Below are positions 9,595 through 20,334 of a stretch of 64,000 bases of DNA, one piece after another. The stretch's first letter is position 1. Each line of letters begins with the position of its first letter. The position numbers and the translations under genes are program-made. The notes under the pieces are model-generated. The model ran no database searches and was not told the DNA's origin. It saw only the letters and a program-made list of their open reading frames with translations. The stretch spans positions 1 through 64,000 of the IMG/VR virus record IMGVR_UViG_3300048924_000191. One strand, given 5' to 3'.

Positions 9595-12029
9595 GAGAAC
9601 TCCACATGTTGATTGTAGGTGTGCGGAAAGTTGATATTGCGGTCATCGAGGATGATGATCTCAGCACCCGGGAACGCAGTCTGCCCATCTAAGCTGTGAC
9701 TGATGATCAACACTTGCGAGAAGCGAGGATTGTCAATCAGGCTCTTCAGGAACGGAATCAGGTTCTGTCGGTGAGCGGCGTCGAACGTACCACCGAGCTC
9801 ATCGATCCACAGTGGGTAGTCAGTCAGGTCCATGCATTCATAGCCAGTCAGACGCATCGACTGATTGACGATGTCCTTTACGCTGGTACTACCTGCACTG
9901 ATATCTGGACGTGGCGTATCCCCAACGATCATCGGGAACTTGTAGTCAACTTCCGTCTCACCCGGTTCCCCAGCTTCGATGTGAAGTGAGTAACCCCAGA
10001 CCGATTCGATCACGTTGTTTGCACAACCCAGAATACGACCCAGTTGGTTCTGGATGTGTTCTGCGATCAGACCGTTTTTCGGAGACATGGCCGCAACCAG
10101 ACCGTCGTAACCTTCCTGCCGAACGAGCGCCTGCTTGAGTTTGTTCTCCAAGTCCTTAGCCAAGGTCTCGTAGGTTTCATTCTCATTGAGTGCAGCTTCA
10201 TGGATACCCAAGGTGACTTTCGTCTTCCTGATGAGTTCCATGATGGCGTGGTCACCTTGCAGGTTCATGTAGTCGATCAGTTTACCGCGCAGTGATTCGT
10301 ACGCACGTTCACAGTCTTCGACCTTACGTTCCCACTCAACCATCTTGAAGTAAGCTGTCTCGATACGAGCCTTGCGACGCTTCGCATCTCCAACTCGAGC
10401 GAACAACAAGTTGTACTCAGCCAATGCAGCATCGTAGTCAGCAAACGCACCTGCCAACTCACCAGCCTCAAGCTTCATGTTACGCAGCGCATTCTCGAGT
10501 GTGGTGATGTTACTTTCCAAACGTTGACGTTTAGCCGCTACGGTGACGTCGCCTTCGTAGATAGCAAACTTCGACAGAATCTCTTTGCCGAGGTCTTTCC
10601 ACCCGAACCGATCGAAGAACGAGAACAGACCACTGTACGTGCTGCTGTAACGATCCCTGAACTCATCCAGACGACGATACGCATTCAAGACAGCTACCAT
10701 GTCGCTCAGCTCTTCTTCGAGCTTACGCACTCGCATGGACTCGCTCTCTGCCAGCGCCTCGCCCTGATTGATCCGAGCTTGCAGTGCTTCCAACTCACCC
10801 GGCTTGATGCCTGGCTTGAAGCGACTGTGGCAATCAGGACATTCCACTTCTTCGCACTTGTGGATGTAGTCAGCATTCTGCTTGAGCGACTCAAGCAAAC
10901 CGACAATCTTGCCAAGACGGATCTCAGCCTGATGGATGGTTTCTTGCTTAGACGTAGCATCGGCTTCTGCTGGTTTCTCAGACGGAAGATCGGCGATAAT
11001 CCACCGAAGATCGTTTGCGATCTGAGAGGCAGGGATCAACAGCGACTCATGGATACCCGTACGCAATGTAGGTACCTCTGAGAGCTCCTCTCGCAGCCGT
11101 GCTAGCTCGTTCTCGATCGTCTCAGGGGAGACTTCGGTCAGAGCCGCTGCACGCCCTTTACGCTGCTCGCAGTCGGTCAGTCGTTGAGCACGTACATTGA
11201 GCTCGCCTTGCAGGGTATTGAGTTGAGCCTCAGCATCGGCCTTGAACTGAATCAGCTGATCCATACCCAAAGCCCCTTCAGTCTTCGGATACTCACAATC
11301 GAGGAACATGGCGATACTGTCGATGGTCCTTTCCAGATCCGACAACAGCTCGAACGGGTCACGCTCATCGGCATTGGACTTGGGTTCCATCATGAGCATG
11401 TCGAGGGTATCGTGCAGCTCTTTGGCTTTTGCTCGCATTGAAGCGATATCGTCAGGGTCCATCATCCGACGTTTAGCTTCAGCCAGCTCACTACGCAGAT
11501 ACTCGACAATCTTGTCGGTAGCGTTAGCCTGACGCTTGTAGTGGTTGTAGCGATCGAAAGCGTAGGTGAAGTCTTGCTCGCTGAACTTAGCGATCCAGTG
11601 CTGACGACGTTTGGCTTCCATCGCAGTGAACCGCGACTTCTCCTGACCGGTCAAGAACGCGTGCAGATCACGATCGTAACCACCAAGATACTGTTTGATC
11701 AGCTCCAACTGAACGGTGATGGTACCACCGCGGTTAAGGTTCTCCCCACCGTCGACGCTGAAGGTATAACGGTTCTTGTCACCGTACTCAGCAGTCTCGT
11801 GATAGTGACGGCCTTTGTGGTGGAACTTGACCGACCAGAAACCCGGCTTATCAAAGTTGTGAGGATCTGGTGGGATAGGAGAGAAACCCAACTCCAGCAG
11901 ACTGCTCTTACCGCTACTGTTAGTGCCCAGCACCATTTGAACCCGAGAGGTAGGACGAATAACAACTCGTTCCTTACCGTTAAGCGCTGTACGGTTACAA
12001 CGCTCAAGAATAATTTCTTCGTAAAACAC
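9591..12029 (-). CDS. sbcC: SbcC/Rad50-like SMC ATPase (phiKZ gp165-like)
   Basis: Walker A GTNSSGKSS, long coiled coils, CPDC zinc hook, signature ISAGS, Walker B/D-loop LWIDELGGTFD, H-loop IISH. Confidence 0.92.
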   Translation of the reverse strand: MFYEEIILERCNRTALNGKERVVIRPTSRVQMVLGTNSSGKSSLLELGFSPIPPDPHNFDKPGFWSVKFHHKGRHYHETAEYGDKNRYTFSVDGGENLNRGGTITVQLELIKQYLGGYDRDLHAFLTGQEKSRFTAMEAKRRQHWIAKFSEQDFTYAFDRYNHYKRQANATDKIVEYLRSELAEAKRRMMDPDDIASMRAKAKELHDTLDMLMMEPKSNADERDPFELLSDLERTIDSIAMFLDCEYPKTEGALGMDQLIQFKADAEAQLNTLQGELNVRAQRLTDCEQRKGRAAALTEVSPETIENELARLREELSEVPTLRTGIHESLLIPASQIANDLRWIIADLPSEKPAEADATSKQETIHQAEIRLGKIVGLLESLKQNADYIHKCEEVECPDCHSRFKPGIKPGELEALQARINQGEALAESESMRVRKLEEELSDMVAVLNAYRRLDEFRDRYSSTYSGLFSFFDRFGWKDLGKEILSKFAIYEGDVTVAAKRQRLESNITTLENALRNMKLEAGELAGAFADYDAALAEYNLLFARVGDAKRRKARIETAYFKMVEWERKVEDCERAYESLRGKLIDYMNLQGDHAIMELIRKTKVTLGIHEAALNENETYETLAKDLENKLKQALVRQEGYDGLVAAMSPKNGLIAEHIQNQLGRILGCANNVIESVWGYSLHIEAGEPGETEVDYKFPMIVGDTPRPDISAGSTSVKDIVNQSMRLTGYECMDLTDYPLWIDELGGTFDAAHRQNLIPFLKSLIDNPRFSQVLIISHSLDGQTAFPGAEIIILDDRNINFPHTYNQHVEFS

Positions 12030-12095
12030 GATGCTTCTCCGTGAGAGCCCTGTACTATATGAAGTTTCATTAACAAATAACCGAGGGAGATCCTG

Positions 12096-12968
12096 ATGGA
12101 CGCATCGGTGTTCAAGAAAGTGGCTATCGGGGTTGTTGCTGAAAACATCGAGGTGAAGTCGGGGACTGCCATCAACAACACCGTACGTGTGACACCCACA
12201 GAGTGGTTGTCGATGCGCGATGGTGAGTTGGCTAACAACCCTACCCCCATGACCTACAAGTCGCAGGACGCGCAGGGTGTGGAGACTCAGGGTGGGTTCA
12301 TCACCAACAACACGATCCCGTGCGAATGGTTACCTGCCGGCGCTAACCGGTTGACACCTCCAACGGTACGACGCGGTATGCGGGTGGAGCTATTCCAGAC
12401 TGCGGACGAGGCAAAGTACTACTGGCGTTACCTGGGTCTCGACGATCACTTGATGAAACTCGAAACCATCATCTTCGGTATCTCGGCTAACACCACCGAG
12501 CAGAAGCCTGGTGAGAAGATGCCGCTTGACCCCAAGAGCATGTATTGGTTCGAGATGTCCAGTCATTCGAAGAAGGTTGCGCTGCAGACATCTAAGGTCA
12601 GTGGTGAGTTCTGCTCGTACGAAATGTTCTTCGATCTGGCGGGCGGTGAGTTCAGTGTTAACGATGACCTCGGTAACTGGATGCTCCTGAACAGTAAGAA
12701 CCACCTGATTCATCTTCAGAACCAGGATGGTACCTTCGTCAAGTTAGACAAGAAGAATATCGAGATGTTCGCCCCACAGGACATCAATGCCAAGGCAACG
12801 CAGAACGTCAACGTTGAAGCGGGGAAAGATGTCAACATCAAGGCAGGTACCAACATCAATGCCAAGGCTGGCACTCAAGCCATGGTAGATGGTGGTGGTA
12901 GTGTGCTGACGCTACAAGGCGGCGGTACTACGCTCAAAACTCCACAGTTCGATATCACGACGGGGTAA
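12096..12968 (+). CDS. baseplate central spike, gp5/VgrG-like beta-helix (phiKZ gp164-like)
   Basis: OB-fold-like N-terminus (PPTVRRGMRVELF); C-terminal 8-residue beta-helix repeats INAKATQN/VNVEAGKD/VNIKAGTN/INAKAGTQ; followed by a PAAR gene. Confidence 0.8.
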   Translation: MDASVFKKVAIGVVAENIEVKSGTAINNTVRVTPTEWLSMRDGELANNPTPMTYKSQDAQGVETQGGFITNNTIPCEWLPAGANRLTPPTVRRGMRVELFQTADEAKYYWRYLGLDDHLMKLETIIFGISANTTEQKPGEKMPLDPKSMYWFEMSSHSKKVALQTSKVSGEFCSYEMFFDLAGGEFSVNDDLGNWMLLNSKNHLIHLQNQDGTFVKLDKKNIEMFAPQDINAKATQNVNVEAGKDVNIKAGTNINAKAGTQAMVDGGGSVLTLQGGGTTLKTPQFDITTG

Positions 12969-12973
12969 TCGAA

Positions 12974-13243
12974 ATGTCTCTTCCAGTCTCGCTTGTCGGT
13001 ATGTCTCAAGCCGGTGGTGTGATCATGGGTCCTGGTGCAGTGCAGGTGCGCGTCAATGGTCTCCCAATATCGTTAGTCGGTGATGACGTCGCCAGTCACG
13101 GGCCGGGCATTCACCAAGGTCCAAAGATGGTTCAAGGCTCAGCCATGTTCCGTATCAACGGGATAGCGGTTGTCAGAACCACCAGTCTGGCGTCCTGTGG
13201 GCACGACGCAAACGGTTTCCCTAACGTTACCGTAGCGATATAG
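12974..13243 (+). CDS. PAAR-like spike tip protein
   Basis: 89 aa; three PAAR-like repeats (PVSLVG, PISLVGD, AVVRTT) with His/Cys metal ligands H..H..CGH. Confidence 0.85.
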   Translation: MSLPVSLVGMSQAGGVIMGPGAVQVRVNGLPISLVGDDVASHGPGIHQGPKMVQGSAMFRINGIAVVRTTSLASCGHDANGFPNVTVAI

Positions 13244-13249
13244 CCGCGA

Positions 13250-13281
13250 CATACAGCCGGGGCCAGTGCCCCGGCTGTATG
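13250..13281. terminator. 14-bp hairpin between convergent genes
   Basis: CATACAGCCGGGGC-cagt-GCCCCGGCTGTATG, arms identical to those at 9164 and 62298. Confidence 0.75.
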
Positions 13282-13284
13282 CTG

Positions 13285-14559
13285 TCATTGCTCGATGTAC
13301 TCCGTCCCCATCTCCAACAGATACGCACTGGCGTAGAAGGTCGGGAAGCTCGACTCTCTCGCCGAGTTGACGTAGTTGTCTTCCTTTGCGTAAGGTCGAG
13401 TGTCGTGCGCCCAACGGTTAACCAGGTTCTTGTCGATCGAGATCACGAATTCACCATGGTCATCGTACGACACGTACTCTGGCAGAAAACCGTTCTCCAG
13501 CTGAAGCGGATACTTCGGTTGAGCGTGGTAGGTGTAGCGTCCAGCCAGACCGGTTTGCTCCAAGCCAATACGATCGCAGAAGAAGTTCTCGGCCTCAAGG
13601 AGGATGATGAACGACTGAGGGAGCTTGAGGATCGCACGTACCGCAGCATCGGAGTTGACGCGGTTCATGTCCATTGCGTCACCATGGATGCTCGGCGTAT
13701 CCAGGTGTTCTTCCACAGACGACATGTCGATGAACGGCTTGACGTTGTAGAACATGTCCATCAGTGGCAGCTTCCACCACTCGAGCATTATGTCGTGATC
13801 GCCCCGCACCGAATACTTCTCGTTGTTGAAGTGCAGGATACCCATCATCGAGATCAGCACGACTTTATCAGTCAGGTCGATGTCAGGCATGCTGAGCAGG
13901 ACACCACGACGCAACGGGTAATCGTTGTTCATGCTGTCTTTACCGATCGGACGAATCATCTCGTCAGTGATCGGATGGAAACTCATCTTGCCGACAGAAA
14001 GGAAGCTGTGCAGACCCAGCTGATTGCGGTTGGCGTAATGGATACTGCGTCCACCGCCTTTGATGACCACGCCTCTCGACGAATAGTCTGTGATATGGCA
14101 AAGGCCATTTACGGTGAACAGACCGTGTTCGTACAACTCTTTGTAGTCGCAACCTTCACGGGTAACGCGCAGGTCAGTGAGTTCTGCATCGAGCAGCAGG
14201 TTACCGTCACCGGACCATGGGTGGACTTTCTGTACATCGTACTTGGCAACCAGCAGGTCGCGATACTTCACCACACCGGCAGTGGCTTTGACGACGGTTT
14301 CGGAGATCGGTAGTGTCTTGTTGCCGTTGGCTTCCAACCATGCATCGACAGTCGTCGATGGATTGAGTTTGAAGATGATGTCGCTGACATCAGCCAGGTT
14401 CAGACTGACCTCGGTGGCGAACACGGGGTTCGACAGGATCAGGTGCACCACAGCGTAGTCGGTAAGCAATTCACGCAGTGGGGCGTGGTTGACTTGCGTC
14501 TCGATCAGCCGCTGATTCACGCCATAGCGGCGCACTAACGCTCGTTCGCACGTATACAT
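13285..14559 (-). CDS. putative virion structural protein
   Basis: 424-aa ORF, GAGGTG RBS, structural-module context. Confidence 0.6.
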   Translation of the reverse strand: MYTCERALVRRYGVNQRLIETQVNHAPLRELLTDYAVVHLILSNPVFATEVSLNLADVSDIIFKLNPSTTVDAWLEANGNKTLPISETVVKATAGVVKYRDLLVAKYDVQKVHPWSGDGNLLLDAELTDLRVTREGCDYKELYEHGLFTVNGLCHITDYSSRGVVIKGGGRSIHYANRNQLGLHSFLSVGKMSFHPITDEMIRPIGKDSMNNDYPLRRGVLLSMPDIDLTDKVVLISMMGILHFNNEKYSVRGDHDIMLEWWKLPLMDMFYNVKPFIDMSSVEEHLDTPSIHGDAMDMNRVNSDAAVRAILKLPQSFIILLEAENFFCDRIGLEQTGLAGRYTYHAQPKYPLQLENGFLPEYVSYDDHGEFVISIDKNLVNRWAHDTRPYAKEDNYVNSARESSFPTFYASAYLLEMGTEYIEQ

Positions 14560-14574
14560 CCCAGCACCTCGTTG

Positions 14575-14620
14575 GAAAATGATATGCTCGGCGTCCTAGA
14601 CGCCCAGTCTCATATTTTTA
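14575..14620. promoter_or_regulatory. crossing divergent late-type promoters
   Basis: AAAATGATATG (+, TATG 14583-14586) and AAAAATATG (-, 14611-14614) between divergent structural genes. Confidence 0.35.
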
Positions 14621-14633
14621 GTGGAGTCTTGTA

Positions 14634-16016
14634 ATGACTGACCCAATCCTCGAATACCTGTACCCGGAGGACATCACGGGTGCGGCCACAACCAACAAGG
14701 TAGGGCCGGAAAAACAAACGCTGAACCCGCCTGAAGAAGAGCTGGATTTCCACTGGATCATTCCGAAGGCAACCCCGTTCTTCCGCGACACCATGAAGCT
14801 GTTCGACGTTGCGACCGGTCGTGAGCTGATCCGCGGTACGGATTGGGCACCAGGTCACAAGTTCAACTCCGCTTCGTACGAACTCCAAGGCATCAAAGGT
14901 GGCGTGTACGGCTCCATCTTGTTCTACGACAAGACCCGTGGTGGTCAAGTCGAGTTGCGCGAATACCAGACCCTCGGCGGTAACTGGACGCTCAACGAAA
15001 CCAAGATCCTGGAGATGCTCGACGCCAAGGCTATCGACCCTCGTTTCGTTACCTACGAGGAAGTCAATGGCAAGCCGGAAGTCTTCCCGCCGATCGAACA
15101 CAACCACCCGGCAGATGACCTCACCGGGATGCGTGAGCAAGTGGAGGCCACCTACGACATCGCCGCTGCGATCCGTCAGCGCACTGAAGACTGGTTGGCT
15201 AACCCACCGATCCTGATGTCGCAATACTTCACCAAGGACGAAATCACTGTCCGTGAGATGGAGTCTCGAGAAACGGCGTACCAGTACACCGACATGCCGG
15301 CACTGGCTTTGCCTTTCCCAGAAACCAACACCAGCGGTGGCAGTCACGTAGCGACTTCCCTCGGTCTGGCTGAAACAGGTACTGGCGGTACGCTGCGCGT
15401 CGCTGCGGGGCTGAACATCAGTGTTGGTCAACAGATCAACGGTTTGGCTCGTTGCCGTACTCGTCAGTTCACCACGACGTTGTGGAACAGCCAGAGCCTC
15501 GAGACCAACTCGACGTACTATCTCCGGGCTACGGTCAGCGATATCGGCAGTCTGCTGCTCTACACTCAGAAGGGCGCAGACAACAACCCGATTCCGAGTA
15601 CCCTGAAAGGTACTCCGAACGCACAAACCGGTGGAGGCTTCGACAGTACGCAGCTCGACATGCTGTTGGCCAAGGTCGTTACTGGCGCCGTGGGTAGCGT
15701 TCCAGTTGTGACCAACCTCGCTAACGCCAAGGACCTGCTGACGGCCGTCACAGCGACTGGTGCGGCTACTGTCGATGGGGCCAACGCGGCTACCTATAGC
15801 GCAACCTTCGCACTGAACTGGGGTCGTAAGTACAACGATCACAGCATCTACGCGGTGGTCATTCAGAACAACTCAACGGTGCTGGTCGATGGTGGCGCTA
15901 ACTACGGTCGGACTGTTGTAGGCGATCGTTATTCCGTGACGGTGGGTGTCTCGACCAACTGGCAGCAGCCGCCATCGAGTCCAACTGGCACTATCACCGC
16001 TACCTTCCGCGGCTAA
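14634..16016 (+). CDS. tail/baseplate fibre-type virion protein
   Basis: N-terminal YPxD..G...NKV domain and H-x-H motif shared with the next gene; Thr/Gly-rich beta C-terminus. Confidence 0.6.
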   Translation: MTDPILEYLYPEDITGAATTNKVGPEKQTLNPPEEELDFHWIIPKATPFFRDTMKLFDVATGRELIRGTDWAPGHKFNSASYELQGIKGGVYGSILFYDKTRGGQVELREYQTLGGNWTLNETKILEMLDAKAIDPRFVTYEEVNGKPEVFPPIEHNHPADDLTGMREQVEATYDIAAAIRQRTEDWLANPPILMSQYFTKDEITVREMESRETAYQYTDMPALALPFPETNTSGGSHVATSLGLAETGTGGTLRVAAGLNISVGQQINGLARCRTRQFTTTLWNSQSLETNSTYYLRATVSDIGSLLLYTQKGADNNPIPSTLKGTPNAQTGGGFDSTQLDMLLAKVVTGAVGSVPVVTNLANAKDLLTAVTATGAATVDGANAATYSATFALNWGRKYNDHSIYAVVIQNNSTVLVDGGANYGRTVVGDRYSVTVGVSTNWQQPPSSPTGTITATFRG

Positions 16017-16031
16017 TAAAGGCGAGTCGAA

Positions 16032-16679
16032 ATGTCTGACATTATCTTCAAGTACCCGCTCGACCTGGCCTTGGATGGGATCTACAATCCCAATAACAAG
16101 GTCAAGGATGAAGAGCACACCATCGGCAACACTCGTGCGCGACTGTTCGCCGCTGACTACGGACCGTTCTACGGCACTACGGTGGCGATGCGCGATGCCG
16201 TCACGGGTTACGAGCTCAAAGACGGGGATTACCGTCTCCTGCATCCGTACCGTGAAGCGCGGGAACGTACTGGTCAGGCTGTCTACGCTGCCGTACAAAT
16301 CCTCAACGCTGACGTGGGGCCGAAGATCCTCTTCACTGCACAGATGGTCGGTGGTGAGTTCTCCTTCTCCACCTACGCCATCAAGCAGGCAATCACTGAA
16401 CTGCTGGCTGACGACCGCCCTATCTATTACGGCGATCTGGTCGGTATCCCATCGCAGTTCGTTCCTGCGCCGCACCTACACAGCGCCTATGACCTCTACG
16501 GCATGAAGGCGATTGTAGAAGCGACCTACGATGTGGCAGCGGCGGTCCGCGAAGGTGACCTGGCTTCTCGTCAACTACTCCTACAGCAGGTCGGCAGTAA
16601 GTTTGATGCGATCGATCAGTTCTGCATGGGTATCTCGGATCAGTTCCGAATCGCTGCGAATGAACTGGCTCTGCTGTAA
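16032..16679 (+). CDS. virion protein, paralogue of the 14634 N-terminal domain
   Basis: FVPAPHLHSAYDLYGMKAIVEATYDVAAAVR aligns with FPPIEHNHPADDLTGMREQVEATYDIAAAIR. Confidence 0.65.
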   Translation: MSDIIFKYPLDLALDGIYNPNNKVKDEEHTIGNTRARLFAADYGPFYGTTVAMRDAVTGYELKDGDYRLLHPYREARERTGQAVYAAVQILNADVGPKILFTAQMVGGEFSFSTYAIKQAITELLADDRPIYYGDLVGIPSQFVPAPHLHSAYDLYGMKAIVEATYDVAAAVREGDLASRQLLLQQVGSKFDAIDQFCMGISDQFRIAANELALL

Positions 16680-16701
16680 CCCTTAAAGGAAAATATCCGT
16701 C

Positions 16702-19635
16702 ATGTCGAAACCCTCCAGTACGATTATCGCAGAGGCTCTTGCGGAACTCGGCGGTGAGATGAGGCACTTCAAAGAAGAGCTGATCCTCGCCCTCGACAAA
16801 CCCACCGACTTTGCGGACTATGCTTTCTCGGCTGACACGCTGGAGGGCAAGACCCCTGCACAGATTCAGCAATTGCTGCTGGATGAAGTCACCAAACACA
16901 CCAGTAAGCTCGGTGTAAACGTCCACGGTATCAACGGCAATCAGGTCGGTAGTTACACCGGCCAAGAGTTCGAAGATCGACTGGACATGCTGATGGATAC
17001 TGAATCCGGCGTTCCGTTGGACTTCTACGGTGACCGTGAGTTCCTTCCGCCGTCAATTACCGGTTCCTTCGAGTCAGGCAGTAACACCACCCCTTGGGGT
17101 ATGGTGGCGATGATGTTGGAAGACAACGGTACGCTGATGGTATTGCGTACCGGTACGGACGGCGACACGGCGGGCTTGTTCTACTCGTATCTGCGCAATG
17201 CTCAGACCGAGACGGACATTGGCAACATCATCATGTCGAACGTACAGTACGAACCAGCCTTCATTCCCGCCGGCATGAAGTGCTTTGCGATCGTCCACGG
17301 TAGTCAGGACATTATCGTGGGTATTGTGGTCGACAAGGTGACCTTGGCCCGCACGGGTTACTTCGTCTCCGTCACGAACAACACGATGGACCACACCAAG
17401 CACACCGGAGTGTTCGTTCCTAACGGTTCGATCTTTGACGTCAAGTTTCACCAGACGTGGTCCTCGTCGATGGTCGGTGGTGTGACTGGCTACATCAAGA
17501 ACGGATGGTGCTATTTCCTCTGCAACCTCGATGTAGTCAATCAGTTCGGCTGGCGTGTGTGGAGAATCCCGGTAGCCAATCTGATCGCCGGTGTTTGGGG
17601 TGGTGTCGAGCAGGTTACTGGCTGGACGATCAACCGTGGGGGCGCCGGTGTGGTTTCGAGAAGCGACCTTGTCCTGTTCGACAACGTTCAGGACGCGTTT
17701 GCTCAGATTGGTAGTGCGCACATCAATCAGATCCCTGCGGCGGCATCGCCAGGTGTATTCCCGATGGTCCGTGAAGATGGTCGGGTCATCGTGATGCAAC
17801 AGAAATACTGGCAATACATCCCAACCGATCAGCGTGCTCAGCAGCAGGGGTTCGTGGGTTCGTGGACTATTGAGATCCCCGATAACAAAGTCATCGACTG
17901 TGCCAAGTACCACAACCAGAAAGTCGTCAGCACGTATGTCAGCGGTGTCGGTTTCTCCATCGGCGTCTGCCCTGCATGGGTTGGGGATTCCTACAATGCG
18001 TGGATGCGGTATGCCGGTGGTCAGGCTTGCGGTTCTTGGTACACGACCAAGTTCAATCAGATGTGGATGTGGGGGACGACAACTTACTACTCGAGTCGAG
18101 TCCTCTATCGTCTCCCCGGCCCTGATATCAATCAGGACCCGCTGGATTATTTCCAGATGCGGACAGGGGTTGGTCCTGGAGTACAGGGCGTCAACATCTC
18201 CGGGCGTCACGGATCGGCCTTGACCGTTGCCTTCCACTGCATCGGCAACATCGGTGATTTCCAGCTGACTGCGAAGAACTACATCAAACCGCTTGGGAAA
18301 CCATACGGCGACTACGCGGTTCGAGCGTTGATCACAGGTGAACCGACTTATCAGTACTCGTCGGTATCTGGCAAGTACGCGTACCGAGGTTTTGCTCCAA
18401 CTATCCAGCGTTATACCTTCGAAGAGCTCGGCGCTAGTGACATCACGGCAATCGTGATGTTGAACGAAGGACATTCTGGTGCGGAATGGCAAAGTCACGG
18501 GCGTTTCACGAAGAACACCGGTCAGTGGATCAAGGCAGGAAAGATCAATCCCGATCTGACTGTCTCTGGGGCGATCATCACCACTGGCGACTGCATGGAG
18601 TCGATCAACCAACAGATCTACAACGATCTGGTCTCCAAAGGCGTTACGTTCTACGGTGATCGCAACACATCGATGTGCTTTGAGCTGAACGTTCCTCAGA
18701 TGTACACCGATATGCCTCCGTTTGTCTTCGGTACGTATATCTCGGCAGACCAGTCAATCACCAACTTTGTCTACAGTTGTGCAATCACCGTAGGTAATCG
18801 TCAATCGATCAGTGCTGTGGCTATTCAGCCATCGACTCTGGCAAGGGCGATCGGATGGCAGGGCACAGGGCTTTCCGTAACGCCTATGGAAAACTGCGGG
18901 CAAAATGCGATCCGTCGTGTTAATGGTGGTTTTGTGGTTGGTGTGGTTCCGGCAAGTATTATCACCGTGGTCGGTGACGCTGAAACGTCTATCAACCTGT
19001 TGACGTATAACGGCACATGGGCGTTTCGAGGGACACCGGTCTGGAACCACTGGCAGGTTGCTCCGATGGGTTGGATTAACTTCCCTTCCCGTGGGCTGTA
19101 TTGGGGATTGTGCTCGGAGTTCATTCGTGGAGAAATCGACTGCGGGAGTAAACTACTCGGCGTGTTGATGGCAACTACCGACATGAACACCAGGACGATG
19201 GATAACGGTTACCCGTTGTTCCAGGACGGCAACAACTGTATCGTTCTCGTGTCTCAGAAAACGGTATCGGCCTGGACGATCTACTTCTCTGACCCGACAC
19301 CTGCCATGCTGGACGGCACTTATCAAGTCATCGCGAATACGACTTACGAGTTGAACCCCGCGGTCGATGCGAACAAGACGTTTTACATGTGGATCGTTAA
19401 AGTGAATGGCGTGCTGTCGTACCGCGTTATTCCTCAGAGTGCGGCTGCTCCAACCGGTGTGCAAGCTTCTTTGTATCTCGGTTACTTGACGACCACTGGG
19501 GCTGGTATCCAGAAGGTGGTGGCTGAGAAACGTGTAGCTGTCGGCGGTAACGTTCTGGCTCGTGCTTCTCAAGGGTCCGGTATTCCGCTCACCTCCGGTA
19601 CTCCGAACACTTACGGGCGCCTCAACTGGAAATAA
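16702..19635 (+). CDS. tail fibre / receptor-binding protein (phiKZ gp131-family-like)
   Basis: 977 aa, beta-rich; N-terminal LEG..H....NxH motif and C-terminal G-x-x-IP motif shared with the two following genes. Confidence 0.65.
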   Translation: MSKPSSTIIAEALAELGGEMRHFKEELILALDKPTDFADYAFSADTLEGKTPAQIQQLLLDEVTKHTSKLGVNVHGINGNQVGSYTGQEFEDRLDMLMDTESGVPLDFYGDREFLPPSITGSFESGSNTTPWGMVAMMLEDNGTLMVLRTGTDGDTAGLFYSYLRNAQTETDIGNIIMSNVQYEPAFIPAGMKCFAIVHGSQDIIVGIVVDKVTLARTGYFVSVTNNTMDHTKHTGVFVPNGSIFDVKFHQTWSSSMVGGVTGYIKNGWCYFLCNLDVVNQFGWRVWRIPVANLIAGVWGGVEQVTGWTINRGGAGVVSRSDLVLFDNVQDAFAQIGSAHINQIPAAASPGVFPMVREDGRVIVMQQKYWQYIPTDQRAQQQGFVGSWTIEIPDNKVIDCAKYHNQKVVSTYVSGVGFSIGVCPAWVGDSYNAWMRYAGGQACGSWYTTKFNQMWMWGTTTYYSSRVLYRLPGPDINQDPLDYFQMRTGVGPGVQGVNISGRHGSALTVAFHCIGNIGDFQLTAKNYIKPLGKPYGDYAVRALITGEPTYQYSSVSGKYAYRGFAPTIQRYTFEELGASDITAIVMLNEGHSGAEWQSHGRFTKNTGQWIKAGKINPDLTVSGAIITTGDCMESINQQIYNDLVSKGVTFYGDRNTSMCFELNVPQMYTDMPPFVFGTYISADQSITNFVYSCAITVGNRQSISAVAIQPSTLARAIGWQGTGLSVTPMENCGQNAIRRVNGGFVVGVVPASIITVVGDAETSINLLTYNGTWAFRGTPVWNHWQVAPMGWINFPSRGLYWGLCSEFIRGEIDCGSKLLGVLMATTDMNTRTMDNGYPLFQDGNNCIVLVSQKTVSAWTIYFSDPTPAMLDGTYQVIANTTYELNPAVDANKTFYMWIVKVNGVLSYRVIPQSAAAPTGVQASLYLGYLTTTGAGIQKVVAEKRVAVGGNVLARASQGSGIPLTSGTPNTYGRLNWK

Positions 19636-19637
19636 CC

Positions 19638-20324
19638 ATGACGATCGAAGACCTGCTCTTGTATTGCAAGGTGCGCTTTGGGGAATACAAAGCCCAGATC
19701 TTCCGACTCATCAAATCGAAAGCAGGTCGAGTCCTCCACGCGGGGGACTCCGACAAGCTCGAAGGGTTGAGTTTGGCAGACCTCATCGCCATCATGCGTG
19801 GCGAAGTCAATACGCACGAAAACAACCACAACCTCCCTCACGGGGAAACACTCGCTCAATTGGGCGGGATCACGAAAGCTACGTTCGACCAAAGGGCGGC
19901 TAACTACTTCCCTAAGGACGGAGTGCCGATCAGCAAGCTGCCTGCTCCAACGGCCTTGCCGATCAGTGGGTCATCCATCACGGTCAACGCCTCGAACATT
20001 GTGTATTGTGGTCGTAAGGTCGCAGTACCTGCTCAGGCGTTGGCATTGAGTGGAACGGTGCGACAGTACATCAAGATCACGATGTCCGGACAACCTCCAG
20101 CCTACGGGATTCAGTACACGCTGAGTACCAACCCAGGCGAGGATATCCGCAACATGATTGTTGGGTGGGTTGACTATTCCAACGGATCGTACGTCCCGAC
20201 GTTCTTCGGATCGACAAGGATCGGTTATGCAGTGATCAGCACCACGCCTCGCGGCTTGGGTATCCCGACCTCGGCTGGTTCGCAAGCTGCGCCTAGTTCG
20301 ACCAACCCTGGCTGGTATTCGTAA
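19638..20324 (+). CDS. tail fibre-associated paralogue
   Basis: SDKLEG..HENNHNLPHG and C-terminal RIG...GLGIPTSAG. Confidence 0.6.
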   Translation: MTIEDLLLYCKVRFGEYKAQIFRLIKSKAGRVLHAGDSDKLEGLSLADLIAIMRGEVNTHENNHNLPHGETLAQLGGITKATFDQRAANYFPKDGVPISKLPAPTALPISGSSITVNASNIVYCGRKVAVPAQALALSGTVRQYIKITMSGQPPAYGIQYTLSTNPGEDIRNMIVGWVDYSNGSYVPTFFGSTRIGYAVISTTPRGLGIPTSAGSQAAPSSTNPGWYS

Positions 20325-20334
20325 GGAGGGTCAC

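Noticed and set aside
12096-13243. VgrG-like plus PAAR pair as a type VI secretion locus
   Set aside because: Context is entirely phage; these are the myophage spike and tip
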